Below are positions 36,830 to 50,187 of a stretch of DNA of 64,000 bases, one piece after another. Made by a program: the position numbers and the translations under genes. The notes under the pieces were generated by a model. It was not told where the DNA came from. It worked only from the letters and a program-made list of their open reading frames with translations, and ran no database searches. This stretch comes from Epiperipatus broadwayi. Lineage: Eukaryota; Animalia; Onychophora. The DNA lies in contig JAQFVV010000007.1 of NCBI GenBank assembly GCA_028023455.1, positions 13,020,001 to 13,084,000 on the forward strand, given 5' to 3'. Numbering within the stretch: the first letter of the stretch is position 1; every line of letters starts with the position of its first letter.

Positions 36830-39385
36830 TTAGATAAATTGTTCATTAAAATTTCTCTGTGTCTGAGGATTTACAACTTTATATTTTTTTTTCATCATTG
36901 GTACTACATTTTGTTTTAGGTTTATTAGGGCCCAGGTCTGGTTGAATGTCCAATTCTGAGAAAATTTTTGGTCTAATTCTTTAATTTCTTTTAGTAAGTG
37001 TAAAGACATTTTCATCATGTCATATTTTTCTCCACTCTTGAAGATAGTCTTATTTCTCAATGACCAAATGGAAAAATTTATAAATGTTGCCAATCTTATG
37101 AGCCCAAAATGTCCATTCTTGAAGGCCTTAGTCAAATTTACACAAGCTAATTCTTTGTTTTTATTGAAAGATTTAAAAGTGTTTCTTATGTTATTCCAAA
37201 TTTGACACTCCTCCAATATATGTGCCATTGTTTCATCACTATGCCTACATAGTGCACATATAGGGTCCAGATTATAATTCCTTTTACTATGTAGGAAGTC
37301 AGTGGTAGGCAAGGCCCCAAGGTTAACCTTGATTAAAAAATCAATAAACCTCGGTTCCAATTTTAGATGTTTGGTCAACCTGGAGAACCTCGATATTCCA
37401 ATCGAAAGAATATTGTCAATTTTAGTTTCTTCCAGATTTCATAAAATCATATGTGTTCCAGTAGTTTAGTTTGTTATTAAACATTGTTCCTGGCTTCATT
37501 TTTAGATGGTTAAATATTATAGAGATTTGCTTTTGAATCCAAAGCCTTCGACTTTTGGGAGGTGGCCTATCGGTAGGAGTTATTTCTTCTGGGAATATTG
37601 TCCCTTCCATATCTGGATTTTTCATAAATAATCTGGTAAGTATACATTATGAAAACACTGTATTAATAAGATTTTGATTGAGTGTAGTCCTATGTCATTC
37701 ATCTGTTTAGATTTCTGTAGGAGGTGCAGCCTGATGACCAGAGCTCCCCCAACACAGCTTCCTGCATTGGGTTTTGACATTCCTTATAAAGGCTTTTTGA
37801 GAAGCCCACAAGGAAGTATGTAATCTTGGGGAGTAAGACAGCATTCATCAGTGTGATTTTTCCAAACAAAGACAAATAAATCTTTTTCAACGATCCAATA
37901 AATTTTGTTATCTTAGTCATTAAATTGTTTTCAATTTTCTTCCTCATTTTAGATGGGGGGGGTGCTAGCTGAAAACCCAGGAACTTCTGAAGTAGAGCCT
38001 TAAATATGCCAGGAATTTGCTTGCCAGTCATAATCAACTTGATTGCTGACTTCTCCTTGTTGACTCTTAGACTAAATTCACATTCGAATTGGTCCAAGAG
38101 CTCCACTAGTCCAGCAAGCTCCTTCCATGAAGCAAGTAAAACCACCACATCATCCATATAGGAGACATGATGGACCCTCTCTCTTAGAAAAGTTATGGAT
38201 ATCCCTTTAAGAGATGTCTCGATGCTTAGCAGGAGGGGATTCACATAGACAGTGAAAAGGAGCACACTCAGAGGATAGCCCTGAGGAATAGAAACAACAG
38301 GCTTAAATCCTGGGGACACCCTCCCATCCACGGACAAAAACATTTCCCTATTATATAGGATGTTCGCTATCATTTGGAGGTAGGCAGCTGGTACTTTGAG
38401 TCCCTCCAGGATCTTCATGAGTGCATCAACTCGAACACAATCAAAAGCAGCAGCAAAATCGAGTTGAACTGTGATTGGCTGCAAGATCTTCATGCAAATG
38501 TGGTCTATCAATAGACAAAATCGGCTCACAGCATCAGCTGTCGAGCTCCCTTTTAGGCAAACTGGCAATTGGACAGCTGATCAATTATAATATCTTGTAT
38601 GTCATTTTTGATAGGGCCTCAACTGTTTTTACTAGTAGAAAGATCATTGATATTGGCCTGAGATTCCCCAGATTCCGAGGTTCTGCTAGTTTCTTAACCA
38701 GAGGAACCATGACAATTGGGTTGATCCCTGGAAGTTCCTGGCAGAAATCAGCCAAAAGATCTGCAATTCTTTTAATGATTGGTGCTGAGAAAGCACTTAA
38801 ATAAAGCAGGAGGAATTTTGGGATTCCATGCAAGCCAGGATGTGTTTTGTCTGGCATCATTTTTAATTTATCAATAATTATTTTTTCTGTGATTTTGTGG
38901 CTTGAATTTTTAATTAAATTAAATTCTCTTCTTTCAATCATGATTCCACCTGGCTTAAACTTTTCAACATAATGATCACATACCCTGGCCAACATGGAAG
39001 ACCCTCCTTATAGGTTGCCATCTATCTCAATCATTCTGGGTGCCTTGGCCTTTCTGCCAGCTCCAAGGATCCACCTAAGATAGCCCCTGGTCCAGCAGTG
39101 CTGATGATATATAAATTGTTGTGATCTCTTTATAGAAGATATTCTGCAACTTCCTCCTGCTTACTTTTGTATTTCAGTTTCAAGTCTATGATAGATTCGA
39201 CATTCTGTGCCTCACTGGGCAAGTTCATTAGTTTTGTCACAATCTTATCTAATTCGGATAATAGCCGAATAGGGCCCCGGGCTTTTGAGGTGCATTTAGT
39301 AATCAATTTAGCAAGTATTTCAGTAAATTGCATCCATGCATGATATGGATGAAGATTATTCAAATCAACTTCTTTGAACAATATA
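36830..39385 (-). pseudogene. Decayed, 5'-truncated L1/Tx1-clade ORF2 (RT + C-terminal CCHC finger)
   Basis: PGLHGIP, LRPISM, LDFAAAFD, PQGYPLS..LF, SYMDD, VNKEKS, KFLG, LSLFGKITLMNAVLLP, CALC...ETMAHILEEC across frameshifted ORFs. Confidence 0.9.
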
Positions 39386-39789
39386 TATATGTCTCAGATA
39401 CTAGTTGGATGCTGATATTTGTTCGAGTTAACATTCTTATAGTTCTGGGTCTTCTTTTTATTCCAATAAACCCTAATAAAAGTGATTTTGTAAGTTAATG
39501 AAGAAGACTTGTTTAGCTTAAAGAGGTATACCTATTAGTAATAACTAGCAGTATTCTTGTAACATCAGAAGATAAATATAATGTCTAAATTATTTTTCAA
39601 ACTAAAAATCAATAAAAAAACCATGTAATTCTCCATATGTATAAATTGATAATCTAACAACTTAAAAATTTTCAATATAAGAAATGTATGCATGGTACAT
39701 TTGAAATAAAATATTTTAACTATTAAATGTAAAATTTAATAGTATATGCATAAATTTTATTTTATAAAAATAAAGTCAATGTATTATAT

Positions 39790-40140
39790 ATATGAAAAAG
39801 TCTTGGATAATTAATGAAAGAACTATATAGAGACTCCTTTCCACTCAATGATGTATAGAGAGATCTATATTAGGGGTAAAAAGAAGGGATCAAAATAGAC
39901 TACATGAGTGAGAAAACTAACAAATGTTATTAACATCAGTGAACATAATTAAGGGACTGAAGTGGATCTGGACTGGACATATCTGTAGAAGAGATGATAT
40001 TAGACCAATGATTGAAATTTTAAATTGGATTTCAAGAGACTGTGAATGATCTAGAGAGACTACATATGAAATGGATGGATAAAATAAAAAAGTGTACTAG
40101 GAATCTGAGAGAAGAAAGACTAGAGATTGGATGAAGTGGA
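39790..40140 (+). mobile_element. Decayed RTE-clade LINE 3' end
   Basis: Manual translation LKWIWTGHICRRDD..ILNWISRD..KWMDKIK matches the RTE C-terminal LKWxWAGH...W.PR...RW.D pattern. Confidence 0.7.
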
Positions 40141-40743
40141 TTTAACTTGTATAGATTTTCATCCTGTAGTGGATCAATAATTGTTGAAAATGGTGGGTAT
40201 AATGGTAGTTTTATTTCATAATGAAAATTTAATTTTTCAATTTATTGATACACATGGTTGAAATATAATAGTGTGTCTTTTTTATATATGTCAAAGCATT
40301 GACTGGCCACCAACACTTGACAAGTGTGTCTTTTTTAATGAAAATTCAATAGAAAAACAAGAGTCAATGGCTACTCTGAAAATATAATTCTCCTAAAAGA
40401 CCAGTAAGATCTTATTTTCTGTAGTATTTGCTGCTGACTATTAAAATTATGAGTTACAATTGAAATTAACTATTAAAAGTTTAAATAATGACTATATAAT
40501 TTAACAGATATCCACCAAAATACTGTATTTTCTCTAATATCTGGGTTAACAATAATCAGGAATATATCAAAAAATTTACTAAGCATCTATTTTATAATTC
40601 TTCCTTAGTAATTCTTTTTTCAAGTGTCTTACATAATGATGATTAAATGTTCACTGTGTATGTTTGTATTTTTATTGACATATAGATGCTTTAAAGATAT
40701 GGAAGATTTACTGTAAGGGCAAGATACTTAAGTAAACCATTAC

Positions 40744-40776
40744 TTCATGGCATCTTTGTATTACTAAATTTAAATC
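40744..40776 (-). CDS. Candidate 33-nt host micro-exon (DLNLVIQRCHE, phase 0-0)
   Basis: ttttctttctgatgcag | ... CATGAA | gtaatg; only phase 0 is open. Confidence 0.4.
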
Positions 40777-41787
40777 CTGCATCAGAAAGAAAAGTAATAC
40801 ACATTTGTAAATAAATTTCAGCTAATTCCCAACAGACCAATTAACAAGAAAAGTAAAGAATGTGTAATAAAAAGGCAGTTTTCCTATGTGTATTATAATA
40901 GATACAGCACAGTTCAATTTGATTATATTCTAGATTGAAAACACACATTTGTCTATTAACAGATCTCTTGTTCTGAATATGGAATCAATAAGTGGGGTAG
41001 TATGTGTCTATGATTATGTAAACTGAGTATAATATATGAAATGGTCATTTTTGCTTTATTTTGCTGTAGGAGAGTTGTCATAAAATATACAATAATCTAT
41101 AATTTTGTTTTTGATTCTATGTGGTAGATGTAATCAAAGGTAAAATATAATTCTCTGATATTTGTGCATTTTGAAATTTATTGTGAAAGTTTCCATTTGT
41201 AATTCAGTATAGAATAAAATAAATTTATTTTTTCTGTGCTTTTTAATTTTGTATTGTTAAATACTTATTCATACTAATTATACATATGTATATGATGTGT
41301 ATAAATATCTTTTTTATGAATATATTAAGCTTTTTTTAAATGTTAGACACTTAGGAGCAAGAAATTTGAAATGCTTTATGTTTAATAATGTTAAAAATAT
41401 TTATCACAATTTTTTACTTTTAAATCTATTGTTATTGCTAGTTGTATGTTTATTTATAAAAACATTTTTAGTAAAAATTATCTTAAAAAATACATAAACC
41501 CACAATGGCTATAAAAATAGCTAATGGCTTTATTGCTCTAGAGTTCATAAAAAGTGTGAGCACATAAACTGCAACTGCTAAAAGAAATTGTGGGACTTCC
41601 TGGTGCCAAATTGGACATGCTATCAAATGCACCAAGTCACACAAATAATGGTTACAATGTAGTTTTATAATATTAATGCTACAAATGATATCTGATACTG
41701 CTCTCCAAAAAGTATTATTTTTATATTTCTAAATTATATATTTTTATTACCTACATTAGTTACCATAAGTAGTATAATATATAACCA

Positions 41788-41902
41788 GTCTTGCATTGGT
41801 GGTTGAGAGGTCAGTGCAACTGCCTTGCACTTGCAGGCAGTTGTCTGGGTTGCGGGTTTGCATCCCGGCTGATGCTATCACCCTTAATATATATATATAT
41901 AT
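41788..41902 (+). mobile_element. tRNA-Gly-like retroposed element with (TA)n tail and 11-bp TSD ATATATAACCA
   Basis: GCATTGGTGGTT...CGGGTTTGCATCCCGGCTGATGC resembles tRNA-Gly (GCATTGGTGGTTC...CCGGGTTCGATTCCCGGCCAATGC); 7-bp acceptor stem intact; TSD at 41777-41787 and 41903-41913. Confidence 0.75.
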
Positions 41903-42749
41903 ATATATAACCATAACATCACAAAAATTGGAGAAGCAATTGAAATCAGTTGATTTCTTTCTTTTAGTTAAAGAATGATCTATTTTAATAATAAAAATGG
42001 TTGACTTTTATTATTTTAAGTACTATTTAGAAAAAAAAGGATTATATTATTTATAAAAGTAGAAAAAAATAATAACCATAGATCACAAATATTGGAGAAA
42101 TAAAAGTACTTATATTTAGATAATACAACCACTTTAAAATATTGCTAACCACAAGAAATGATTTAAAACTGACAATACTAACAATAGATCACAAAAATTG
42201 GAGAAATAAAATTACTTCTCATTAGACAAAACCAGTATAAAATATAGTTAGACCCCAAAAAAGTGACATAAAATTAACACCATGTAAGCAAAATTAAAGC
42301 AAATTGATTTTTGAAAAATAGAGACATCTCTATTTTGTGGAACTGAGGGGAATATCTGAACAATAAAAAAATATATGAAATTAAGGAATGTAAAAATATC
42401 CTTTTTTATTACATACTGGTTGTAACTATTGTGAATTAAAAAATAACCAAAGTGAATGTCACATATACAAGAAATAAATTCACCATTGAAAAGAGGTCAG
42501 TGTAAAAAAAATAAAAAATTGATAGAATGCTAAATACAAATCTCTATAGCCAAAACAATGATCATATTTAAAAATATAGTATGGAAAAAGATATTGTGAT
42601 AGGCTTTTTTCCTGAGGATAAAAATGCCTTTCTGTAAAAATATTCATAGCAAAAATATTAAGTTTGGGGCAAGAAATTTTTATTGTGTAAAATCTTCCAG
42701 TAGTGAGACTTGGACACTTAATAGAAAAGCAATACAGAGACATCAGATT

Positions 42750-43085
42750 ACTCAAAGAAGTATGGAGAGATGTGCATAGGATTAACTAAAAGATATCAAA
42801 AACACAATATTATGGGTAAGACAAAAAAACAGGTGTTACTGACATCATTGAAAAAATTAGAGACTGAAGTGAAGTTGGGCTGAACATATTGTTATAAAAA
42901 TGATAATAGATAAACAGGTAAAAAATTAAACTGAATTCCAAGAGATTGCAAAAAAAAAAAAAAGCTAAAAGAATAGTGTTTTAATTTGTAGAAAAGTGGC
43001 TAGAGATCAGAGAAGATTGATTAAACTTGGAAGTCATTTATTCAGCAGTGGATTGATAATGGTTGACAATGATGACGATGACTTT
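42750..43085 (+). mobile_element. Decayed RTE-clade LINE 3' end with GAT/GAC tail
   Basis: QRSMERC.IG....WVRQKTGVTDIIEKI.....WAEHI...W.PRD; ends ...cagcagtggattgataatgg...gatgacgatgac. Confidence 0.75.
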
Positions 43086-43689
43086 TATCTGAGGATAAAA
43101 ATTTTGGAAAAAAAAGTTTTCTTACTTGAAATAAAAAAATAAATAGCGTCAGTAATGATAGTTTTAATTAAAACGTAACAAATTTGAAGAATAATATTAT
43201 GTAAGAACTGATTAAATAAATATATTTTAGATTTTGTATTTTTTTTTTACTTTTCATTATAATTTGTCAATTTTTGTTAACTTTTTCTACACACATATAC
43301 ACACACATATATATCGTATTAACACAGTTATTAAAAAATAAGCAATCCATTGCCAGAACACAATATATTTTTATAATTTATTACATAACTGTAGTTTTGT
43401 CTTGACAACATACTGCTTACATTTTATTGATTTATCTAAGCATAAGAGCTGTAGCAAGTGGCTTACACATGATAACCAGTTAGCTATTGACACATATTGT
43501 CATTTTATAAGTTTATCAATTCATGTTCCTTATCTGGAAGCACTACATGTCAACAGCTAAAGTTATAGAGTGACTTTCGCTACATTCAGTAGTAATTCTA
43601 TATTTATTAAAATCATACAAATTGGAATATTCATTTAAATATACAATTTTTAAGCACTCGTTGACTTCAAATAAAAAGTTATATTTTAA

Positions 43690-44500
43690 TAAACCTTATC
43701 TACTCAATTGCACTGAGCCAGCTTTCGGGGAAAAAAAAACACTGCCAGATTATAGTGTTGAATAAGATTATGCAGTACAGGTAAGCTTATATAATTGATA
43801 TGATATAATATATAAATCAGGCACAATATGCAAATCAGGCAATTAGATATTTCGTTTTTTGGACAATGGAACACATAAATCTTTTTTGATGATGGAATAT
43901 GGATTTTGTATATTTTCATGAGTCTTTATGTACTTTTTTTTCTATTGTCTCTCTCTGTTCAAATTGTTCTAATATTGGATTGGAAAAAATTTGTGACCCA
44001 TGACATGTTCATGGTCAAAAAAGATTGATCTGTATTCAATCTTTTGTTTAATGCTATTGGGCAAACAAGTGTGTTGGGTAATTCTCATGGATCTATTTGC
44101 ACAAGATTCCCAGTAATTTACAGACTTACAGGAAAGATAAGTACATGGAATTTTATAAACCATCTGAAAAAAATTCTCTGCACATATCCTGTTAATAGAA
44201 GGTCATGGGTCACATGTTTTCTTCTATCCAATGTTAGAATAATTTGCTCTGAAAAAGGTAATAGGAAATGAAACTTCCAAGAGGCTTGAAAATTGCAAAG
44301 AATCCATATTCCATCACAAAAATGATTAATGTGTTTTATTGTCTGAAAAATGAAATATCCAATTGTTTTATATGATATTGTCCATTTACATATTACCTCA
44401 TATCAGTTCTATAAGCTTAGCTGTATGACATAATTCTACTCAGCACTATGATCCTGGCAGCATTTTCCCAAAGCTACTACACATGTGAATCATGAAAAAG
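43690..44500. mobile_element. Decayed PLE (further family) foldback: GIY-YIG end on minus arm, inverted plus arm
   Basis: ORF 43969-44163(-) VYKIPC..SC..Y...R.MRITQH...DHEHVMGHKF; 44215-44500 is the reverse complement of 43700-44010. Confidence 0.75.
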
Positions 44501-44597
44501 TAACCACTTTATTATTGATTTATAATGCTATTATGACATGAAAAACATTTACAAAACACAAGCATCATAGTTTATGTGAATAATATATGATTAGTTT

Positions 44598-44600
<3 letters not shown>

Positions 44601-44644
<44 letters not shown>
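44601..44644. repeat. (TA)n microsatellite
   Basis: About 22 uninterrupted TA units. Confidence 0.95.
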
Positions 44645-44651
<7 letters not shown>

Positions 44652-44789
44652 TTAGCACTTAATTTCAGTGTTTAATGTTTTTTAGATACTTAGTGTATTT
44701 TCTGCCTGAAAGCAAATTAATAAAGAAGCAGAATACTAGTTGTGGAACTTAATCATCATTAATGAAAAATTATCATTTCTTACAATGTT

Positions 44790-45420
44790 TCATGATATCT
44801 TTCAGGTTCTGTTTACCATGGCTTTCTATCCATTTATAAGTCTTATTGCAAATTTTTATTTCTAATTATCTATTTTCTCTTTCCAATTTATTTTTGTATG
44901 CTTTATTTTTCACTTTTCTGTTTATATCCAGTTTAATATTATTTTCTACTTTCATTCCTGAAACATCCTTTGTATACATCCATACCATTGCAATTGTATT
45001 GTTGTAATGTCATTTATTACAGTGTATTTAATATTTATTATTTTTCAAGTTGTTTTACTGTTATGAATTTTCTCCTTTATTAGTAGGCATTTCAGTAATC
45101 ATCAATTTCTTTTACATTTTCTTAAACTATCAAACTTCTTTTCCATTCTCAATGACACTTTTTACTATTGTGCCATATATTCATCTGTATTGGCTTTTGC
45201 TATATTCTGATTTATATCCCATTTAACATCATCATACGTTTTCTAGCCAATACATGTTTTCCTTACAACTTCATTTGTTGTTTTTCTTTGTGTGATCTTC
45301 ATATCTGAATATTTATATTTTTCATGTTTTGCAAATTGTTGTCTATCTTACATTTTGTTTTTGCTATAATTATTTTTATTTATCAGTTTCAATATTTCTT
45401 CATTAATTTTCTAACCATGC
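44790..45420 (-). mobile_element. Decayed RTE-like LINE 3' portion
   Basis: Manual translation ...IQLQWYGCIQRM...IILNW...WMDRKPW resembles QLRWYGHVQRM...W...DR..W. Confidence 0.6.
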
Positions 45421-46416
45421 AGCTCTAATTATCATATGCTGCATGAAAATTATTTTATCATTAATAATCCATATATCTATTATTCAAAAACTACTACTAT
45501 TTAAATAAAATTTTAAAAATTGTTTTAATCATTTTTACTGATTTTGTACATGTATTTCGATCAAAGGTAAAAAAAATCATTGAATACGTGTTTTTAATTG
45601 CTTTAATTGATTTTGGAATATCTGCTTGTTTGTTAACTTTCCATCTTTTTCAAGTTAGAATGAAATTTTTAAATCAAGGTTTAATATATTTAATTTCAAT
45701 AGAATTGCTTGAAAATTGATATTTACTAAGTTATAACACCTTAATCCATTTTAAACATTTATATTTTCAGTATGTCACCTAGTTTGATAGATATGTAACA
45801 GAAGATGAGAAAATTATGAAAAATATTTTACAATTTCTTGTTTTGCAGTTAACAATTATCCTTATTAGTTTCATTTGGTTTAAGAAATGGTCACAAGTGG
45901 GCAGTTTATTTATTTATTTCTTAATTTAATAACATTTTAAAACTACTTTTATAGCAAAAATATCTACTGATATATATCAACTATAAGTGCCCAGTCATTT
46001 TAAAGTATAGTATAGTTTTATATTTTTAATAAACTTCCCAATACTAAAAACTTAAACATAATAAAGATAACTTTTTTTAACATTAAATGCTTTTATTGAC
46101 TGCACACTAGAGGGAGTTTTTAAATTCAGCTTAAAATAAAAGAATGAAGGGTCTATTGTTTATAACAAGGGATTATTGACTTAATTAATTTTTGGACCCC
46201 CATATTGTTATTTCAAGTTAAATTTAAAAACTCCATTTGTGATTGAAGAAATAATTATTTTATTTCCTTTTAATTCACAGTCAATAAAATCATTTAATAT
46301 ATATCAAAAAAAATCTCTATTAATTTCTATATTTATAAAATTTGGGCTATCTAATTACAAAATACAAAATATATAAAATCCAAAAAAGCTCTGATTTCGC
46401 ATTAGTGGTGTTTTAC

Positions 46417-46438
46417 CTGTATAAGTATATACCACAGA
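46417..46438 (-). CDS. Candidate 22-nt host micro-exon
   Basis: ggttttttttcag | TCTGTGGTATATACTTATACAG | gtaaaa; the phase 2-to-0 reading LWYILIQ joins in frame to 40776. Confidence 0.4.
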
Positions 46439-47745
46439 CTGAAAAAAAACCAAATAGTGTGATATGTAAGTAATCATAAAACACAACAAATCACATATAA
46501 GTCAATGTATAATATTTTAAACTAAGTATATAAATAAAAAAAATCACGAATAAATATGTTTATTTTAGTTTTCTCAATCTTATCTCAAGAAGTTATTCAA
46601 TTTCACTGATATTTTAAACATTCAAATTTTCTGCTTTGTGGGGAAGAATTTTTTTTCTTTTCAGGTCAGAAGTAAAATAAATTCCATAACTGATAAACAT
46701 TTATAAGTGGAACTGAAAAAAATGTGGTAATGTATATATTTATTGGAAAAACACACTTTCTGTGGGTGTTTATATATATGAAATTACTTACATATTTAAA
46801 CTTTATATAAGTAAAATGTAGATGTCCCTTATATAGGAATATATATTAAGATATGAAATAATTTTACTGATGGGGTGGTGGGCTATAACTACTTATTTAT
46901 GATTATTTATTATTTTTGATGAAGTAGTACAATGAATAAATTTGTGATAAAAAGAAATGGCGAAGGAAGGAAAATCCCTCAAGAATAATGTTAATAATAT
47001 TTTATTAGGGATACAGCAAAAATGAAAATGTTGGGTGTGGGTTTATATATAATAAAGTAACATATGAATTGCACTAACATTAAATACCTATGCAAACTAT
47101 GTCACAGAGAATCAGAAATACAATCCCATTTTTTTATTCTCATGCACTATGTTTAATAATATCCAGTGGATTATCCCAAAATATTTAAAAATAAAATTTA
47201 TAACATACACAAACTTCTCAATATATTTAAAAAAGATATTTATGCACACATTTGAGTCAACACATTTATACTATTCTCATTATGGTGTACAGATGTACAT
47301 TTATATAAGGTTCAAATACAAGAAAACATCTTAATATGTTTAGAAACAAAATAGATATTATACACATAAGGGATGAAAAAACTTCATCAACTAACATTTA
47401 TTCAGACACATGGTCACTAATGTGACTTTACTCAAATTTATGACATGACTCACTATTATAAAATGATAATTAGATAATTAAAAGCAAAAAAAAAAGACAT
47501 TAATGCAATGGTGTACACAGAAAAATATAAATCCTATGCAGCAGTCAGAAAATGTTAAGCTGCTTTCAAGATTGTATGTTTTTTTCTACTACACATAGAT
47601 TTGTAATTTTCCCATCTCTAGCATGGAATAAAAATACAGAGTATATAATGTAAACCCCACATCTTCCTTTGCTGTGCTACTAAGTACTGTTTTATAAACT
47701 TATATTTCAATAAAACCTTTTGAAACTAAAGAAACATATGTATAT

Positions 47746-49965
47746 GTTGATACAAAGATTTTCATGGGTTGCACATATAAAAGACATATTTTGAGTATTC
47801 ATCCATGTTAAATTTTTTATTTTTAATATTAATTTACCAGCATTTTGACTTGATCACACAAGTCATCTACTGGGTGATAAATGATATAAAGATGCTTGTA
47901 GGGGCCTCTACATTCGCTTATTTTAAAATAAAATTAAAGCTCCACCAATAGCAAGAATTGTTAAATCAAAATTTTTTTTTTTTAAAAAAATATTTCCAAA
48001 TAGAAGGAAGTTTGCATTTATCATCTCGATTATTGATACAATCTGGACTTTTTAGTATCTCAATGGCTTCTCTGATTTTACACTGGTAGAGATTATCATA
48101 TCTGGATATGATCCTGGTACTAGAAAAATCAATTTTATGACTTGAATCTATAGTATGGACTGAGACTACTGATGATGATGGATGTTGTTTAACTACATTA
48201 GCATGTTCATTTCTCTTAATACTGATGCAGTGATTGATCATACCTATGTAAAAAGCTTTACAACACATGAGATTCAAGAGAGATTGCACCCTTAGTTTTG
48301 ATTATTATATTATTGATTTTTTGATGAGTAGAAAACAGTGTATTTATATTATAGCATTTAATATAAGTCCAATACTGTCTGTAGTTTCATTTATATATGG
48401 AATACAAATCCTAGTAGCGGACTTATCTTTTTTTTTGTTTCCTATTTTGACCATTTTGGGCTTGAATTAAGGCTTTTTAAATAAATTTATTATTATAATT
48501 ATTTGCTAATAAAACATTATTAATATGATTTATTTCTTCTTTCAGATATGACTTATCTGAAAGGTTAATTGCTCTATTTTAAAGAGTTTAGGCTACAGAA
48601 ATAACCTGAGTTGGGTGATGATGAGACTGGAAATGTAAATATCAGTACATGGGTGTATTCTTTCTGTAAATCGAAAATGATATATTATTCTGGTAACTAG
48701 TATATCAAGAAAAGGAAGTTTTTCACCAGATTCTGTCTCTATTGTAAATTTAATATAAGAATGTATATTACTTAAATGTGAGAGAAAAATCATCTAATTT
48801 ATTTTTTCCATGTTGCCATGTGATAAAAGTGTCATCTATGTGTCTGAGACAAATAAGAGATTTTAAAGAATACATAGATGACACTTTTATCATAGGGCAA
48901 CATGAAAAAAATAAAGTAGATGATTTTTTCTCACATTTAAATAATATACATCCACATATTAAATTTACAATGGAGACAGAGACTGGTGGAAAACTTCCTT
49001 TTCTTGGTGTATTAGTCATCAGGGACACCAAATAGTCTATCATTTTCGATTTACAGAAAGAATACACACATGGACAGATATTTACATTACCATTCTCATC
49101 ATTACCCAACTTAGATTGTTTCTTTAGCCAAAACTCTTTTAAATAGAGCAATTAACCTTTCAGATAAGTCACATCTGAAAAAAGAAATAAATCATATTAA
49201 TAGTGTTTTCTTAGCAAATAGTTGTAATGATACATTTATTTAAAAAGCCTTAATTCAAACCAAAAATGATCAAAATGGGTAACAAAAAGAAGATAAATCA
49301 GCTATTAGGATGTATATTCCATATATAAAAGGAACTACAGACAGTATTGGACTTATATTAAAATGCTATAATATAAATACAATGTTTTCTTCTCATCAAA
49401 AAATCAGTAATGTAATAACAAAACCTAAGGATTCAATCTCTCTTGAATCTTATGATGTTTATGAAATCTCATGTGATAATGTAAAGCTTCTTACATAGGT
49501 ATGAGCAATAGTCACATCAGTGTTAAGACAGATGAACATGCTAATGTAGTTAAACAACATTTATCATCAGCAGCACTTTCAGTCCATACTATAGGTTCAG
49601 GTCATAAAATTTATTTTTCTAGCACCAGTATCATATCCAGATGTGATAATCTCTATCAGTGTAAAGTTAGAGAAGCCATTGAGATACTAAAAATGCCAGA
49701 TTGTATCAATAAGTGAGATGATGCATGCAAACTTCCTCCTATTTGGAAAGATTTTTTTAAAAAAACATATTTTGATTTAACATTTTTTGCTATTGGTGGA
49801 GCTTTAAGGTTATTTTTAAATCAGTGACTTTAGCACCTCTATAACCATATTTCTACTATTTATCACCCAGTAGATGACTTGTGTGATCAAGTTGAAACGT
49901 CAGTATATTAATATTTAAAAAAAAAAAAATTAACACAGCAGAACCCGCAAAATATTTTATATATA
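47746..49965. mobile_element. Older member of the same Poseidon family as a tail-out palindrome (arms about 1.1 kb, junction about 48869)
   Basis: Both arms align with copy C from the YIDD motif to the pLTR, with many stops; HHR remnants at 47836-47875(-) and 49865-49904(+). Confidence 0.92.
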
Positions 49966-50011
49966 TATTGTACTTAAATTTTAATATTTTAATGGTTAAT
50001 ATAGATGTAAC

Positions 50012-50187
50012 TTAATTAGTAATTGGGATGACCATTTTATATTTGAAGTAAATTCACAGCCAATGTGTATTGATGTGCAGCAACCAATCAGATGTCGATC
50101 TCATATTGTTTTCATTCTGCCTACAGAACCATATCTGATTTGTTGCTGAACTTCATACATATAATGGTCATTTCAATTACTAATTAA
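50012..50187. mobile_element. MITE-like foldback
   Basis: ttaattagtaattgggatgaccatt pairs with aatggtcatttcaattactaattaa; internal cagcaaccaatcagat pairs with atctgatttgttgctg. Confidence 0.65.

Noticed and set aside
41793-41872. Functional tRNA gene
   Set aside because: Anticodon arm is non-canonical, the T-loop is mutated (TTTGCAT), and it is flanked by a TSD and TA tail, so it was called a retroposed derivative.
43700-44480. Fifth HHR family (CTATGAT...CGAAAGCT) in the decayed PLE arms
   Set aside because: A GAAAGCT palindrome is present, but the core lacks G5 and helices I/II cannot be drawn consistently; too decayed to call.
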